Shown here piece by piece: positions 27,351 through 41,600 of a stretch of 64,000 bases of DNA. Every line of letters starts with the position of its first letter. The stretch's first letter is position 1. Origin of the DNA: Camelus dromedarius (taxonomy: Eukaryota); the NCBI RefSeq assembly GCF_036321535.1, contig NC_087436.1, positions 60,638,001 to 60,702,000 of the forward strand. Direction: 5' to 3'. A program made the position numbers and the translations under genes. A model generated the notes under the pieces. It saw nothing but the letters and a program-made list of their open reading frames with translations, was not told where the DNA came from and made no database searches.

Positions 27351-30300
27351 ATTGATTTGCAGGCTCATATTGAACAAAGTTACCATTTCAACTACACCCC
27401 TCCAGCTTAGAGGTGTTACAGTTGCTCCTACCTGGCAACTGGTGCAGTACTGGTGGGTTTCGAGCCCATGTGCACAATGATGTTGACAATATTTCAGGCC
27501 AGCCATTGAGCCGGTAGACAGCTGGCTCAGATCTGGACCAGGAGGCTTCTTCCTTCTTGCTCCTCAGACCACAGCTGCAGGGGCAAGCCACAGCTCCTCT
27601 GAGCTTTCTTCCACTTGAATGGAAGTCTTTACTTTCAGGCAAAGGACAGGGTTCTGTCCCTTATACCACAAGAGGTACATTTAGTTTCCATTATCCAAAG
27701 GGATCAAAGTTTCCTGGCAGCATTGGCTTGCAGGTTCTACCTCATTTATCACTTTCCTCCATCTCTAGTCCACAAAGATCATTGTCTTGCCTCTGAAAAT
27801 AGCTAAATCTTTATCATGTTTACTTTTCATGTTAAATCTACCACCCTTTATATGTTAGGGAGGAAGAGATCATCAGAATGTATACTTACTGTGTTTGGCT
27901 GAAGCACTGCGAAGAACAACCTTCATGTTGTATCCTAGTAACTGAATTACATTTGAAAATATATAAAAGTATATGTCTATAAATGTATAGTCATATACTT
28001 TTTTACATTTTCAAGGCTGATAACGAAGCCCTCAAATCAATATTTTAAAAATTATCATGTCTTTCCTTATACTCATTATTTGAAAAACATCCTAAGTCCC
28101 AGAAGCAAGTATCTGTCCATTCTTGAATGAGGAAATCTGCATTAATTTTATGCCTCTTTGTGGTATTTGCATACAGATCAATTGAGGGAGACTCACATTT
28201 GTGAAAGACACCACACATTTTCACATCCAGCAATTAATTGCTTATTTTTATGCCAAAGTGTACTGTTCTCACTGAAGTAAACAGTGCCATCTACTGGTTG
28301 AATTTTTTCTCATAAAGACACAGAATTGAGTAAAAATAGTTGGTGGGAAAATTCTCTTGCACCAAAATTGATTCCATACTTTCACCCTCATATAATGACT
28401 CAGTGAAGAATTAGAAGTAGAACCTTGACTGAAAACATACAGCCGTTTCAGTTCAATACTGGTACCATCTTTATGAGTAAGGAAATGGGGACTTAGACTA
28501 GCTATATTTGGGTTGGTAAACAATTTTTCATAGCACATTAGCTTTCCCCAATTTTTTTAAAAATTATTTCCTTCAGTGGAAACATTTTATATTGAAATAT
28601 AATAAATTCAAGGTACTGAGTAGTCTTCAGTCTTCCCGTAACATAAGAAGACACAGTTTAGCTTCTGAAATAAGGTGGCAGGGCAGAATGATCTGCATGT
28701 TTAGAGCATCCACCGTTAATGACTTGCTCCTTCCAGGAGTCTGGGACTGGGGCTACTTGGTATCTTCATCAGCTTGAGTGAGAAGGAGGCAGCAGGTAGC
28801 ATGGCTCAGACCATGAACTCATAAATACTAACGCAAAGAAAACAGCTAAATTTTATGGCAGTGATATATCCCAAATAAAAGGTTAGTTTACAGGTTAATG
28901 AGCTTTAGACTACAATGGTAATTTTCCCATAAAAATCATGTCATTAAATAGTTATTTACAAGATAGGCTTACTCTGTCTCATTGGATTTGATTTCAGCCA
29001 GCAGTCCCAAACCCCACCCCTTAATAGTTACCTTCCTTGGTCCCACAGCCCCCGAAAGCACTTCATTGTTCACTGAACCATAAGATTATAGAAGACCTTA
29101 ATATTTCATTTTATCAGTAATATGATTTCTAGGCAATATATCCCTCATCACAATCCTCAGATACAATCAACTATAGTCACCTAGAACCATAACTGTAAGA
29201 CTGATTAGCAATCAGTCAAATAAATCTAAGATTAGAGATTCTCAAAGACCCAAGATTATTTTTTAAAGTAAATGTTTTAAATCTCTGCTCTCTCATAAGG
29301 CAGATCTTAATTTTATTTTCAAAATTATTTAAGGCAGCAAAATTACATATTAATTTTAAAGACAAAATTCAAAAGTTCTTCCCTTAGTCTATGATCATTA
29401 GGGTTGAGAGTCATAAATTTACGTCGTAAATAAAATAGTAAAAATATCAGCTACTTTTGGAGTTGAACCCTTGATGATTCTGATCACTTAATCTCCATTA
29501 AAGATATATACTGATATTTGAAGAAGAAAATCATTTCAAAATTTTGGGCTTAAGATGATGATAAGGCCTGATTTCCTACATTGTTAAATTTGAGTAAAAT
29601 ATAAGGTAAACAAGAAGACATAACAGGAGAAATATTTAACGAACTAATAACTACATCTAATTATATAATTAAATAGTACTAGTAATTAATAACTACATCT
29701 CCATTAAATGCTAAAGAAAAATTTTGTTAGTTGCCCGAAGAGATAGAAAATGAGGGTCAGAACAATTAGACTCAATTTTCTCATCTAAGGGAAGAAATTT
29801 CCCAAGTAGCAGAGACTGAGGCGAGGCAGTCAACACTGGGTATCACAGGGGGACCATCTGGTGGAGCCTCACAACTCACGCACAGATACGTGCCACCCAG
29901 GCTAAGGAGCCCCAACAGACAGCTTGAAATTAAAAGTTGGTCCAGAAAAGCATTAATCAAGTGGTACAAAGCTGCTGCTGTCAGTAGTCAGTACTAAGCA
30001 ATCAGTATAATGACTGTCCAGGTTTTTCATTAAAGTCAAACATTTTCCACATGGTATTGAGAGCTTTGGCTGACAGTATGGGAGCACCACGGCTTCTGGA
30101 AATAAATGTAATAATCATAAACATAATGGAAATTATCATTGTAAAATAGGAGAGAAAAAGGCCTTTTCTCAAGTAAAATGTGCAAATGTTTCTGTCCACA
30201 ATGGAAAGCCAATGAAAAAACCCTTATTTGGTGACATTATAATTTTCCTTCAACAAATGAAATTAAAGTTGTTAAGGGTCCATTATTTGCAAAATGATAT

Positions 30301-30474
30301 AAATGAAACAAAACAACATAGGACACGTCTTTAATATTCCTTGTTGGAGCAGGAGGTTGGGAAATGAGACTGTGAACTAGAGAAACTATGTTCTTTTGGT
30401 TTTAACTAGGTTCCTTGATTTAGGAGAGACTAAATTCTCACTATAACTTCTACCCTATTTCTGGTCTCCACCCC

Positions 30475-30873
30475 CATTTCTGGACTGAACTGCATGTCTC
30501 CAAATTATATATATTGAAGCCCTAACTCCCCATGTTACTATATTTGGATGTTGAGCCTTTAAGATAATTAAGGTTAAATGAGTTCATAGGGTGGGGCCCT
30601 CGTCCAATAGGACTGGCCCCCTTATCAGAAGAAGAGACACCAGAACACTCTCTTTCCCCACATGTGCACAGAGGAAAGGCCATGTGAGGATACAAAGAAG
30701 ATGGTGATCTACAAGCCAAAATCAGAGTCTCAACAGAAACCAACCCTGCAGGTGCCTCAGTCTTGTCCTTTCAGTTCCCAAACTGTGAGAAAATAAATAA
30801 GCAACAGAAAGCTACCTGCTGTTTAAGCCATCCAGTCAGGATTTTACTATGGCAACCCAGTCAGACAAATACA
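30475..30873 (+). mobile_element. MLT1A-type MaLR solo LTR
   Basis: tggactgaa...ttgaagccctaactcc...gggtggggccct...gaggaaaggccatgtgagga...tgtttaagccatccagtc...aataca; TSD acccc (30470-30474 / 30874-30878). Confidence 0.85.
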
Positions 30874-32461
30874 ACCCCCAAATCCCATGTTAACATAGTT
30901 ATGCCTAAATAGTACAACAGTTAAAGTATTAAATAAAAACCATTTGGAGAAATGAAAAATTATTCCAATAAGTGACTAATACTTAGTCTGATCCCTGCTA
31001 TCTGTTCTCTTCCTCCCCCCCTCCCCCTCGGCCTCAGCCTCCTTTACTGTATTGCTGCTGCTGCTGTAATCACTATTACTAGTACTAGCCATAGTCAACA
31101 CCTGCCATATTCACTCTGTAGCCCCCTCACAAGTGTTCAGACACACAGTAGTGTGGGGACTAATTTTTGTAAACCAGGTTTTCGGTAGGTGATATATTGC
31201 TATCAAATTCTGAATTGTCATGTCATGTCTAATTAAATATAAGAACAAATTGTCCAAGGTTATAAACTTAGTATTTGGGAGAGCTGGAAATCTACAGATT
31301 TAGGCTTTCCTTCAAACTTATGGCCTGTTCACTACACCATAATGCCTCAGGAGCACAATCGGCCCAGACTATTTCCAAATTTGTGTGCTTTACCTAAGCT
31401 TATTACATTAGCCCATTTAGTTGGAAGGTAGCATTAATGGGTTCGAGTGCAGAGGTCTGATTCCTGTTAGTTTTAATATCCTATATGACCACAATCTTAC
31501 CAGAAACACATCCAACTATTTTTTTATGTTTTTAAACAAAATAAGTTAAAGTCCAAATATCAACCAGTTATATTTCTGAAAGAACATTTAATCTCGTAAT
31601 TGGATATCATTTTACTTTTGAATATACAGATATTCTTATGTCAAAACTGCAATTTGGAAAAAAAGTTATCTATCAAGTATTTTTTTAATATATGATAGGT
31701 CTTAAAAATAGTAAAAAATATTTTATTTCAAATTACAGAATTTTTTCCTGATATTCATTTGTGGATCTTTTTAGTTCTACTAAGTTATCAATTTCTCAAA
31801 ATTGATTTGATTTTTTTTAAATAGAGGTTGATATTTTAAAAATTCTGTCACTACAGAAAGGCATAAGAAAAGAAACAAGCAATGTCACCACCAAAATTTT
31901 TCATTTTATATTGACAGATTAGCACTAGAAAAAAATTCTTCTAGTCTAAAAATACTCAGGAAAATAAGTGATGATTAAAGTATGGAGAAAATGTTCTATA
32001 ATATCTGCTTGTTGTAGTTTATTTGGGTATTGTTTGGAGAAAAATTCATGAGTTTTATAAATACAACTTCATGTAAAATAGATATTTATGTTGAAAAAAT
32101 GATCATTCAAAGCTATAACCAACTGGAATATATAAGCTGTTGTGGGTTTTGGGGGGACTGGTGGGAGGTTAGTTCTAGAAGAGATTCTGGTGATAATGAA
32201 TGTATCTCTTTCTTGGAGAATATAACAATTACTTTTCAGATATCCCTTTAGGTAATCTTTTTCTATTTACTTTTTGGATATTTTTTCCCCATTGTCTTAT
32301 CATTCCTGTTCCTTCTGAATGATTTTATAATTATGCTGGGATAAGTAAGGACTTGAATGACAGCAATTGCATTTCATACTAGCAAACTAATTAAAGACAT
32401 AGTAGGTCCTTGCACTTCATTACAGCATGTATGCAATACATCAAGAGAAGCTGAAAATTCT

Positions 32462-33864
32462 CATTCCCTCACTCCAGACACAAAAATAAACTCAAAATGG
32501 CTTAAAGACTTAAATATAAGACATGATAAATCTCCTAGAAGAAAACATAGGCAAAACATTCTCTGACATAAATCTTAGCAATGTTCTTCTAGGGCTATCT
32601 ACCCGGGCAACAGAAATAAAAGCAAAAATAAACAAATGAGGCCTAATTAAACTTATAAGCTTTTGCACAGCAAAGGAAACCATAAACAAAACAAAATGAC
32701 AACCTACGAAATGGGAGAAAATATTTGCAAATGATGCAACAGACAAAGGCTTGATTTCCAGAATATATAAATAGCTCATACAACTTAATAACAAAAAAAC
32801 AAACAACCCAATCCAAAAATGGGCAGAGGACCTAAACAAGCAATTCTCCAATGAAGACATACAAATGGCCAATAGGCACATGATAAAATGCTCAATATCA
32901 CTAATTATCAGAGAAATGCAAATCAAAACTACAGTGAGGTATCACCTCACACCAGTCAGAATGGCCATCACTCAAAAGTCCATTAACAATAAATGCCGGA
33001 GAGGGTGTGGAGAAAAGGGAACCCTCCTACATTGTTGGTGAGAATGTAGTTTGGTGCAGCCACTATGGAAAACAGTATGAAGATTCCTCAAAAGACTAAA
33101 AATAGACTTACCATATGATCCAGCAATCCCACTCTTGGGCATACATCCAGAGGGGACTCCAGCTCAAAAAGATACACACACCCCAATGTACATAGCACCT
33201 ACCATGTGAAAAATAGACCTACCATGTGATCCATCCATCCCAATTCTGAGAATATATCTGGAGAGAAATCTAATTCAAAAAGATACATGCACCCCAATGT
33301 TTGTAGCAGCACCATATACAATAGCTAAGACATGGAAGCAACTTAAATGTCCATGGATAGATGACTGGATAAAAAAGTTATGGTATATTTATACAATGGA
33401 ATACTACTCAGCCATAAAAACGAATAAAATAATGTCATTTGCAGCAACATGGATGGATCAAGCGATCGTCATTCTAAGTAAAGTAAGCCAGAAAGAAAAA
33501 GAAAAATGCCATACAATATCACTCATATGTGGACTCTAAAAAAAAAAAAAGGATACTATGAACACAGTTACAAAACAGAAACAGACTCACATAGTAAACA
33601 ATATTATGGTTCCCAGGGAAAAAGGGTGGGAAGGAATAAATTTGGGAGTTTTAGATTTACAAATGTTAGCCACTATATATAAAAATAGATTTTAAAAGTT
33701 TCTTCTGTATAGCACAGGGAACTATGTTCAATATCTTGTAATAACTTTTAGTAAAAACATGCAAAAACAAATATATGTATGTATATGCATGACTGGGACA
33801 TTGTGCTCTACACCAGAAATTGACACATTGTAACTGACTGTACCTCAATTAAAAAATAAATAAA
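32462..33864 (+). mobile_element. 5'-truncated lineage-specific L1 (intermediate age) with an internal ~100-bp duplication
   Basis: ORF2 3' part ([29 protein letters not shown]...ICGL), 3'UTR and A-rich tail ctcaattaaaaaataaataaaa. Confidence 0.93.
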
Positions 33865-34697
33865 AGAGCTATATTGCTCTCTTCAGTATTTTGGCTAAGA
33901 TACCTTACAGAGTGTGCTGAAGTACCATCTGTAAAACAGGTTTAATCTCTCCAGTTAGAACTAATCACTCCATCCTTTGTATATTTACATAGCTTTGAAA
34001 AGATCTCTGTTCAGGCTATAGCAAATGCTTTCATATTATGTGCATGTGTGTGCTTCTGGGTTAAGTATGTATTTCTAGAAATCACCTTGTATTTTCAGGT
34101 GTTGTGTAAGTATCTAGAATGCAGGTGAAACAGAGAACTTCTCCCAATAATAAGAATCATATCTCTTTGAGAGTCAGCCCATTAAATAGCTGTAATTGTT
34201 ATACAGTGTTGTTATACTGACCTGAATTTTCTCTCTTTATAGGATCTAGTTATAGACCCTTGTTCTTTTCTTGAGACAATGCACAAACCTTGTTTGATGT
34301 GAATTTATTTCATATGCAATTATTAAATCAATCGATGACATTTCCCCACTCTATTTCCCTCTTCTGGATGCTAAATATCCCATTCCTAGTTACTCCAAAC
34401 TGAAATCATGGGACATAATTTCAATACTTTTATAAAACCTCTTGGTTCTTTTCATTTAAAAATATTTTATATATATCCAGATATCTTAGAAAAATGGTTC
34501 TCAGAACTGAAATTGTATGTATTTAAACATATAAAGTAGGACTCATCTTGTTCCAGGAACTTTATTCCCAAAAGGAATCACCAGTCTGTTACAGGTTTAC
34601 ATGTAAAATCTGACCGTATACTCCTTCAGACTGGGAAAACTATCTCTCATGGGAAGATAATAGGTGCTGTATACATACACAACACATATATGTAACT

Positions 34698-34912
34698 TGT
34701 TCTTTGGTCAAATTAGCTTGGAAAGATTTCAGTTAATTTAGGTTTCAACAAGTCTAAATTTAACAGGTTTTTTAAATTGTAGAACATACCAGAACCTTTG
34801 CTATGCTACTGTGCCTGAGGCCCCTCTGAGGGATGAATATAGTTAGGTGTTTCCCAAGTTTTTTTTAACCCCAAAACCCTGTTCACAGAGTGTCTTGCAG
34901 GATACATTTTGG
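34698..34912 (-). mobile_element. MER103-like hAT-Charlie relic
   Basis: ggtcaaattagcttggaaa...aacaggttt...agaacctttgctatgcta...gtgtttcccaagtt. Confidence 0.5.
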
Positions 34913-36599
34913 ATTAAAATATTGTTACTCCCTGGAGCACAAAAACGTATAGAAGATACAGAATCACCTGAAAGGGGAAATTGAAGTTATTCATGCAACA
35001 GAAATCTCTCTAATTATTGTAGATTCATGATTCTTAGTCCTAAATTCTGAACTGAATCCGAGAAGACAAAGATGTCACTGTGTCAAGAGAACAAGGTATT
35101 CAGGCAGTTGGTTCCTGAAAAATCAATCAAAAAGTGGCATTCTCCAAATAGGGGCAAGCTAAGAGCTAAAGGAAGCTTGGACCCTGTTTTTACAAAGTTC
35201 TGAGCTCATTCAGAATAGAAGGCTCTTCGTTTCTTTGGGACAACCTATATACTAAGGCAGTGTTTGAGCCTTGGGTTCAAATCTTGTGAGTCAAACTATT
35301 TTCGTTTCTTGAAATCTCTGATAATTTCTCTTTTGTGGTCTTAGTGTTAAATAAAATCTCTGAAAACTCCAACCAGGCTCAGTTTGTGATGTATATGCAA
35401 AATAAATATTTCTGTCCTTGCTTGGATTGTACGCGAGTAATGCACACTGGCCTTCAACTGCATGATGGCCTCTGTATGCTAAATGACTGAGTCCTGAGGA
35501 AAAAGCAAAATGTATTGACAATATTTTAAGAGGTCTTTATCTTGAGTTGCCTATATTATAATACTGAGTCCTACCACTGTTCACAGGGTTTTGGAAATTT
35601 GCGATTATTTTATAATATTCCTAATTTTTATGAAGGATTTCTTTAAAATGAGAATTAAGTTCCTGCTTTTTTCCCAGGCAGAAACTCTCCTCTCCTAGGC
35701 ACTGTTAATTAAAATTGGGACCCTGGGATAGGTGTGGAAATAAGGCAAATGAAAAGCCCTATTCTGGACTCTAATCAAGAAAGAAACAGGTTCCTTTTAG
35801 AATTCTCTCTTATCTTAGTCAACCCAGAGAATTCTACTCTTGTTTTTCAGAAATTAGAGCTGGGTGAAATCAAATCACCAAATGTCTCTGTGGTGATTCA
35901 TGAAGGAGAAGCATAATGCAGTGTGAAAATCAAAAGACCTAGATCTTGTTACAGAGCAATCTTGATCAAGACACTCAACTTAGGTAAGTTGTTAATGTCA
36001 TTTGAGAAATGAAAGAGATAAGTGATCCCTAAAGTCTTTAAAAGTCATAACATTATATAATAATATGACTCTAACTAGCAAAGGAGGACTCTGAAGATTA
36101 GGAGTATAAAGGAGTGAGCTGATTCGCCAGGCCTCTAGTGAAATAAGTGCACCAAGTAATATAATGAGATGGTATACTTGCAACTGGATCAACTTCGTTT
36201 CCCTACCCCTGAAGTTTCAACTCGACATTCTAAAATTGTCTTTGTAGTCTTAATGACTGAGCATGGAAAATATTGAGAAGTGCTAGCAAAGCTCTTAATG
36301 CTCTAGGGGGTTATAGCAGAAAAATCTACTAATGGAAAATGTTTCAAGGAGTCTTGAACTTGAGTCCCCAAGCACATTTGGTCACACATGATCTCATTTA
36401 CAATTTTAACTTTAAGCAGTTTAAATGAATTTTTTATTGATTTGAAATATAAATGTGTTTATAAACAAATGAAAATCTTTTTTATTGAAATAAAATTTAC
36501 CATGAAATATATAAATAACAAATTGATGTTTTGCAACACATATGGCAAATAATTTGTTTAACAAAAGACAAAACAATGAGACAATATATAAAATGCTAA

Positions 36600-37020
36600 C
36601 TCATAAAAACATAGTGTGTGCAAATTCATTTGTAATTGAGGAAATGGAAATTTTAAAGAAAAACATAGTTTACATCTCAGTTTGGAAAAGTTTTAAAAGT
36701 CTGTTAATATTAGATCTTAGCAGGGATGTGAGAAAACTAATATTTTTATTTTTTGCTGGAAAGAATATAAATTGGTACCATCTTTCTGGTAGACATTTTA
36801 ATAGTATATATTACTCTGAGTCAGCATATTCTCTGAATTAACAATTTTACTTCTAAAAAATTATGCTTATTATGTGTGTATGTGACAATACTTATGTATA
36901 ATATTTTTGCTATACTATTATCTATAGTCTGAACAATTTGGGGAAAGAAAACAAAAATCCAAAAATAGGGATAGGATAAATATTCTATGATATAGTAGAA
37001 TACTAAGCACATAGGAAAAA
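36600..37020 (+). mobile_element. Degenerate L1ME 3' fragment
   Basis: gaggaaatggaaattttaa...cagggatgtgagaaa...ttgctggaaagaatataaattggtacca...caattttacttcta. Confidence 0.5.
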
Positions 37021-37129
37021 AAACCCCTGATGATGTAGTTTTATTTTTATTGCCACTGAACACATTTTTTAAAAATATTGTTATATTTCAGGTTTATTGT
37101 TGTTATTAATATCAATATTTTAGTTCAAT

Positions 37130-37876
37130 TAATTATTCACCCATTCAACAAAACTTAGTGAGAACCTATACATGCCAGGAGTTGTTCTCAGCTCTAAGGC
37201 TCCAACAGCGAACTAAAAAATTCCAGCCCCTACTCTCACTCATGAAGCTTACATTCTAGTGGGGATGACAAGCAGTAAGTAAGCAAATAAATAATAAACT
37301 CATTGAGATAAAATCGGATAAGAGGTACAGAGAGTAACAAAGTGGGAGATGGTCAAGAAAGGTCTCTCTAACAAAGTGATCTTTGAGCTGAAAGAAATGA
37401 GAAGCTAGTCATGTGGGTATCTGGAGGAAGGATGTTCTAGCCCATCAAACAAAAGAGCAAGTACAAAGGCTTGCAGGAAAGCACGTGGTAGTGTGTTCAA
37501 GAATGGCAAGGAGGCCAGGGTAGCAAAGGGTGAGCAAGAGGAGGGAAAGACAGGGGAAAGGCAAGGAGCGGTGTAGACATAAAGGCCTTCTGGGGCAAAA
37601 TGTAAGGGTTTTGACTATTCTAAGATGGCAAACCTGTAGAAGATTCTGGGCAATGAAGCTTAAAACTGATGTACATTTACAAGGATGGTACTGGCTTCTG
37701 TGTAGACACTGGACTGTAAGGGGCAAGGGTGAAAGTGGAGACACTAGGAGGAGAAATGACAGTGGGCTGAGCTAGAGCAGTAGCAGTGAACGTGGAAGGA
37801 TGTAGTCAGACTCTGGACGTGTTTTAAATGTTGGCTATGGGATACATGGGAAAGAGAAAATCAAGAATGACTGCAA
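37130..37876 (-). mobile_element. L2a 3' part, antisense
   Basis: cattcaacaaaacttagtgagaaccta...catgaagcttacattctagtgggg...gaatggcaaggaggccagggtag...atcaagaatgact. Confidence 0.8.
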
Positions 37877-37896
37877 GCAAATAAATATTATTACAT

Positions 37897-37937
37897 GTGT
37901 GTATTATATATATATATATATGTACACACATATATAT
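37897..37937. repeat. Compound (TG)/(TA)/(CA) microsatellite
   Basis: tgtgtgtattatatatatatatatatgtacacacatatata. Confidence 0.8.
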
Positions 37938-38384
37938 AAAGATAGAGAGCTATTATAAAATGTTTTAGTAGTTATTCAACAGCAGAAATTTTGATTTGCT
38001 ATTTTTCCTCATGAATATAATGTTTGTGAAACAAAGAAGCAACAGAAGGCACTTTGCCTCAGAATGTACACTTGATCCAAGTTGCTGGTTATGCGTCCCC
38101 CTTCCTTTTGCACTTGCATGTTCTCTAAGAGGACTTTTAAACTCCACAAAACATCAAAATTTGACAATCTAGGTAATATTTTACTGATAGCAAAAATGAC
38201 AACAAAAATATCGAGAAGTAAGTATCACCTTCTTCATAAATTTAGCAAAAAAAAAAAAAAGGAAAAATATTTCACAAGTGAATTTGAGAAACAGAAGGTT
38301 TGTGGTGGCATCACCTTCAGATAGTCTCTACTTCTCACCTCCATGCTGAAATATTCTAAGATCCATTGAAAATAAAACAAAGAA

Positions 38385-40810
38385 GCTTGGGCAAGATGGC
38401 AGAGTAGGAAGACCAGAGGTCATCTCCTCTCACAGGCATATCAAAATTACAACTATTTGCAGAGTAATTTATGATGAGAAAGGCCAGAATCTAGCAGAAA
38501 AGATCTTCAACAACTAAAGATATAAAGAAGAAACCACAATGAGTTGAGGCAGGAGGGGTGGAGTCATGGTATAGTAAAGACCCATATCTCTGAGTAAGTT
38601 ACACACAAACAGGATAATTAAAATTTCAGAAGCTCCCCCCAAAGAGCAATGGGTCCAAGCCCCATATCAGGCTCCGCAAACACTGCAGTAGGAGGATGAG
38701 CCCCCAGAATGTTTGCCTTTGAAGACCAGCACAGCAGGTCTTACTTTTGGGAGAGTCAGAAGGCTGTGGGAAATAGAGACTCTACTCTCAAAAGGTGCAA
38801 CAAAATCTTACACACTCCAGGATACCCAGGGAAGAAGCAGTAATTTGAAAGGGTTAGATCCACCTGCTATTCTTGGAGAGTCTCCCAGAGAAGCAGGAGG
38901 CAATAGGAGCTACCCTGGGAACACAGACAGTGTCAGCAGCCACTTTTAGGAGCTCATATTACCATGTGGACACTGGTGTTGGCAAACACCACTTTGGAAT
39001 TCTCCCTCTAGCTTATTAGCACTGGAACCTAACCCTGCCCACCAGCTTGTCAGCACCAGTACTGGGAGCCTCAGACCATGCAATTAGCCCAGTGGGAACA
39101 CAGCTCCACCCACCAAGAGGAAGGCTATCTTAACCCCCTGAGCCCAAAACCACCCCAGGACACAGTCCTGTCCACCAGAGGGCTGAAGACTTGGTCCCAC
39201 ATCCCAGTAGGGTTGCACAAACCCCAGGACCCCCAGGGTCCTGCAGCCAGAGAACTCAGGACAGAATTTCACCCACAATTTGGAAGCCACCAGCACCAGG
39301 ACCTCCTGGACCATACCCCAGCCACTAGTGGGTTGAAACCAGTCATGGGAACCCTGGACCTGGTGGCCAGAGACCACAGGATCTGGCTCTTCCTATGAGA
39401 GGGCCAGCATTAGCAAAAGGACCAGCTCCACACACCAGTGGGCAGGCATCAGCCTCAGAATCCCCAAGGCTCCAGCCTCACTCACTAGCAGGAGGGACAC
39501 CAGCCCCAGGATCACCACAGCCGAGCAGCCAACCATGGCAGGACCCAGGCTACCCACCAGCAGGCCAGGACCAGCTCCAGAACCCCTTGGATCCAGGCCC
39601 CACCCAATAGCAGGTCAACACCAGCTCCAGGACAACTTGGACTCCTCAAAGAGCTGCCCCAGAATTCAGTTCTCTTATCAACAGGCCAGCATCAGCCTTG
39701 GAACACTCTAGAATCTATAGCCAGCTGTGTCAAGAGTTGGGCCCAGCCACCAGCAGGCCAACACTAGATCCAGGAATGCCAGCCCTTCAACCACCCATGC
39801 CAGAACCAAACTCTGCCCACCAGTGGGCCAGCTCTAGCCCTGAGAAATCTTAGGTTTCCACATCAGCTACCTCAAGACCTGGCCCCCCAACCAGTGGCCA
39901 GAAGCCTTGGCACAAGGCAGGGCCTGGTAATCAGCTGAATTGGGGTCCAGCCATGCTGGCCAGACTGCCCACAGTAGTCACCATACCACAACAGAAGGAA
40001 CCACACAGCCTACAAAGGGGTGCCCCTAGAGCATATAGCTTTGGTGACCAGAGGGGATGTGCTGCAGGAATGCAGAGGACATTTCCTATAAAAGGTCACT
40101 TTGTCAAAGTCAGGGAATGTAACCAACATTTCAGATACATAGAAATAAAAATAGCAAATTAGGCAAAATCTGAGGTGACAGAGGAACATGTTCCAAATGA
40201 AGGACAGGATAAAAACCGCAGAAAAAAAACTAAGTGAAGTGGAGATAGGCAATCTACCCAAGAAAGAGTTCAGAGTAGTGCTTCTAAAGATCAAAGAACT
40301 CAGGAGCAGAAGGGATGAAAACAGTGAGCAATTTAACAAAGAGTTAGAGTATATAAAGAAGAACCAAACAGAGCTGAAGAATTCAATAACTGAAATAAAA
40401 AATACACTAGAAGGAACTAACAGCAGATTAGATGATGCAAAGGAAAGGATCAGTGAGCTGGAAGACAGAGTAGTGGAAATCACTGAAGCTGAACTAACAA
40501 ACAAAAGAAGAATAAAAAGAACTAAGGACAGTTTAAGAGACCCCCTAGAACAACATCAAGCATACAGACATTCACATTATGGGAATCCGAGAAAGAAAAG
40601 AGAGAGAAAGGGACAGGGAGTATATTTGAAGGTATAATAGCTGAAAATTTTCCTAACCTGGGAAAAGAAACAGTCATCTAAGTACAGAAAGCACACAAAA
40701 TTCTAAACAGGATCAACCCAAAGAGGATCACACCAAGACACACTGTAATTAACATGGCAAAAATTAAAGATAACACAAGATTATTAAAAACATCAAGGGA
40801 AAAGCAAGAA
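38385..40810 (+). mobile_element. Older L1 (L1MA9/L1M2-3-like) 5'UTR and partial ORF1, 3'-truncated
   Basis: Starts gggcaagatggcagagtaggaagac (YY1-type AAGATGGC); C-rich tandem array at about 39030-39970; ORF1 coiled-coil remnant 40188-40637 (KKNQTELKNSITEIKNTLEGTNSRLDDAKERISELED); homology stops after catcaagggaaaagcaa. Confidence 0.88.
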
Positions 40811-41076
40811 ATATTGCCTAGTTGGGCTTGTAAATGATAGCTCACCTTTTGATGTGAAGTTTTAGCTTATTACTGGTTCCAAAGTTACTCTGTAGCAGAT
40901 TATTTATGAGAGGACTTTTAGATACTCTCTAAACCCCCATCCAAATAACTTCCTTTTTCTGATTTCTTCCCTCAGTTATTTAATTTTTCACCTTGAGCTA
41001 TTAGCTTAACTACTTTAAGGCTCTCTAGAATATGGGAATTTTGTTAAGCACGTAGTAGATGCTCAAAAGTATTTTT

Positions 41077-41600
41077 TGTGGTGGGTAGACACTATGATGC
41101 TTCTCAATGATCTCTGCCATCTAATATTTAAGCCTTTGTGTATTTCTCTCCTCTTGAGTATGGGCTAACGTAGCAACTTGCTTGTAACCAATGCTAGCAA
41201 AGCAACAGAATATCATTTCTGTCATTAGGTTACATAAGAGAGTAACTTAGCTCCTATCTTGCCAGCAGGCTCTCTTTGCTGGCATTGATGACACTATCGG
41301 GATAAGCCCATGTGGCAAGGAACAGAAAACAGCTCTGGCCAATGTCCAGAAAGCAACTCTCAATCCAACAGAACTAAACCTTGTCAGTATTCATTGGTGA
41401 TGACAGGTGGACCCTTCCTCAACTGAGCCTTGGATGAGGCTCTGGCCCTGGCTGACTCCTGGATTGCAGCCTGTGAGACCATAAAGCAAAGGACTCAGCT
41501 AAGTCATGTCCAGATTCCTGAAACTGAGATAATAAATGTATGTTGTTCTAAGCTGCTAAATTTGTGAAAATTTGTTACACTGCAATAGATAACTAATACA
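41077..41600 (+). mobile_element. MLT1G/H-type MaLR solo LTR
   Basis: tgtggtgggtagacact...agcccatgtggcaaggaac...attgcagcctgtgagacc...actcagctaagtcatgtcccagattcctg...gcaatagataactaataca. Confidence 0.8.

Noticed and set aside
32440..33885. TSD for the 32.5-33.9 kb L1
   Set aside because: The flanks (gagaagctgaaaattct vs aagagctatattgctct) match too poorly to call.
39078..39610. Pro/Gln-rich ORFs
   Set aside because: Products of the C-rich tandem array in an old L1 5'UTR.
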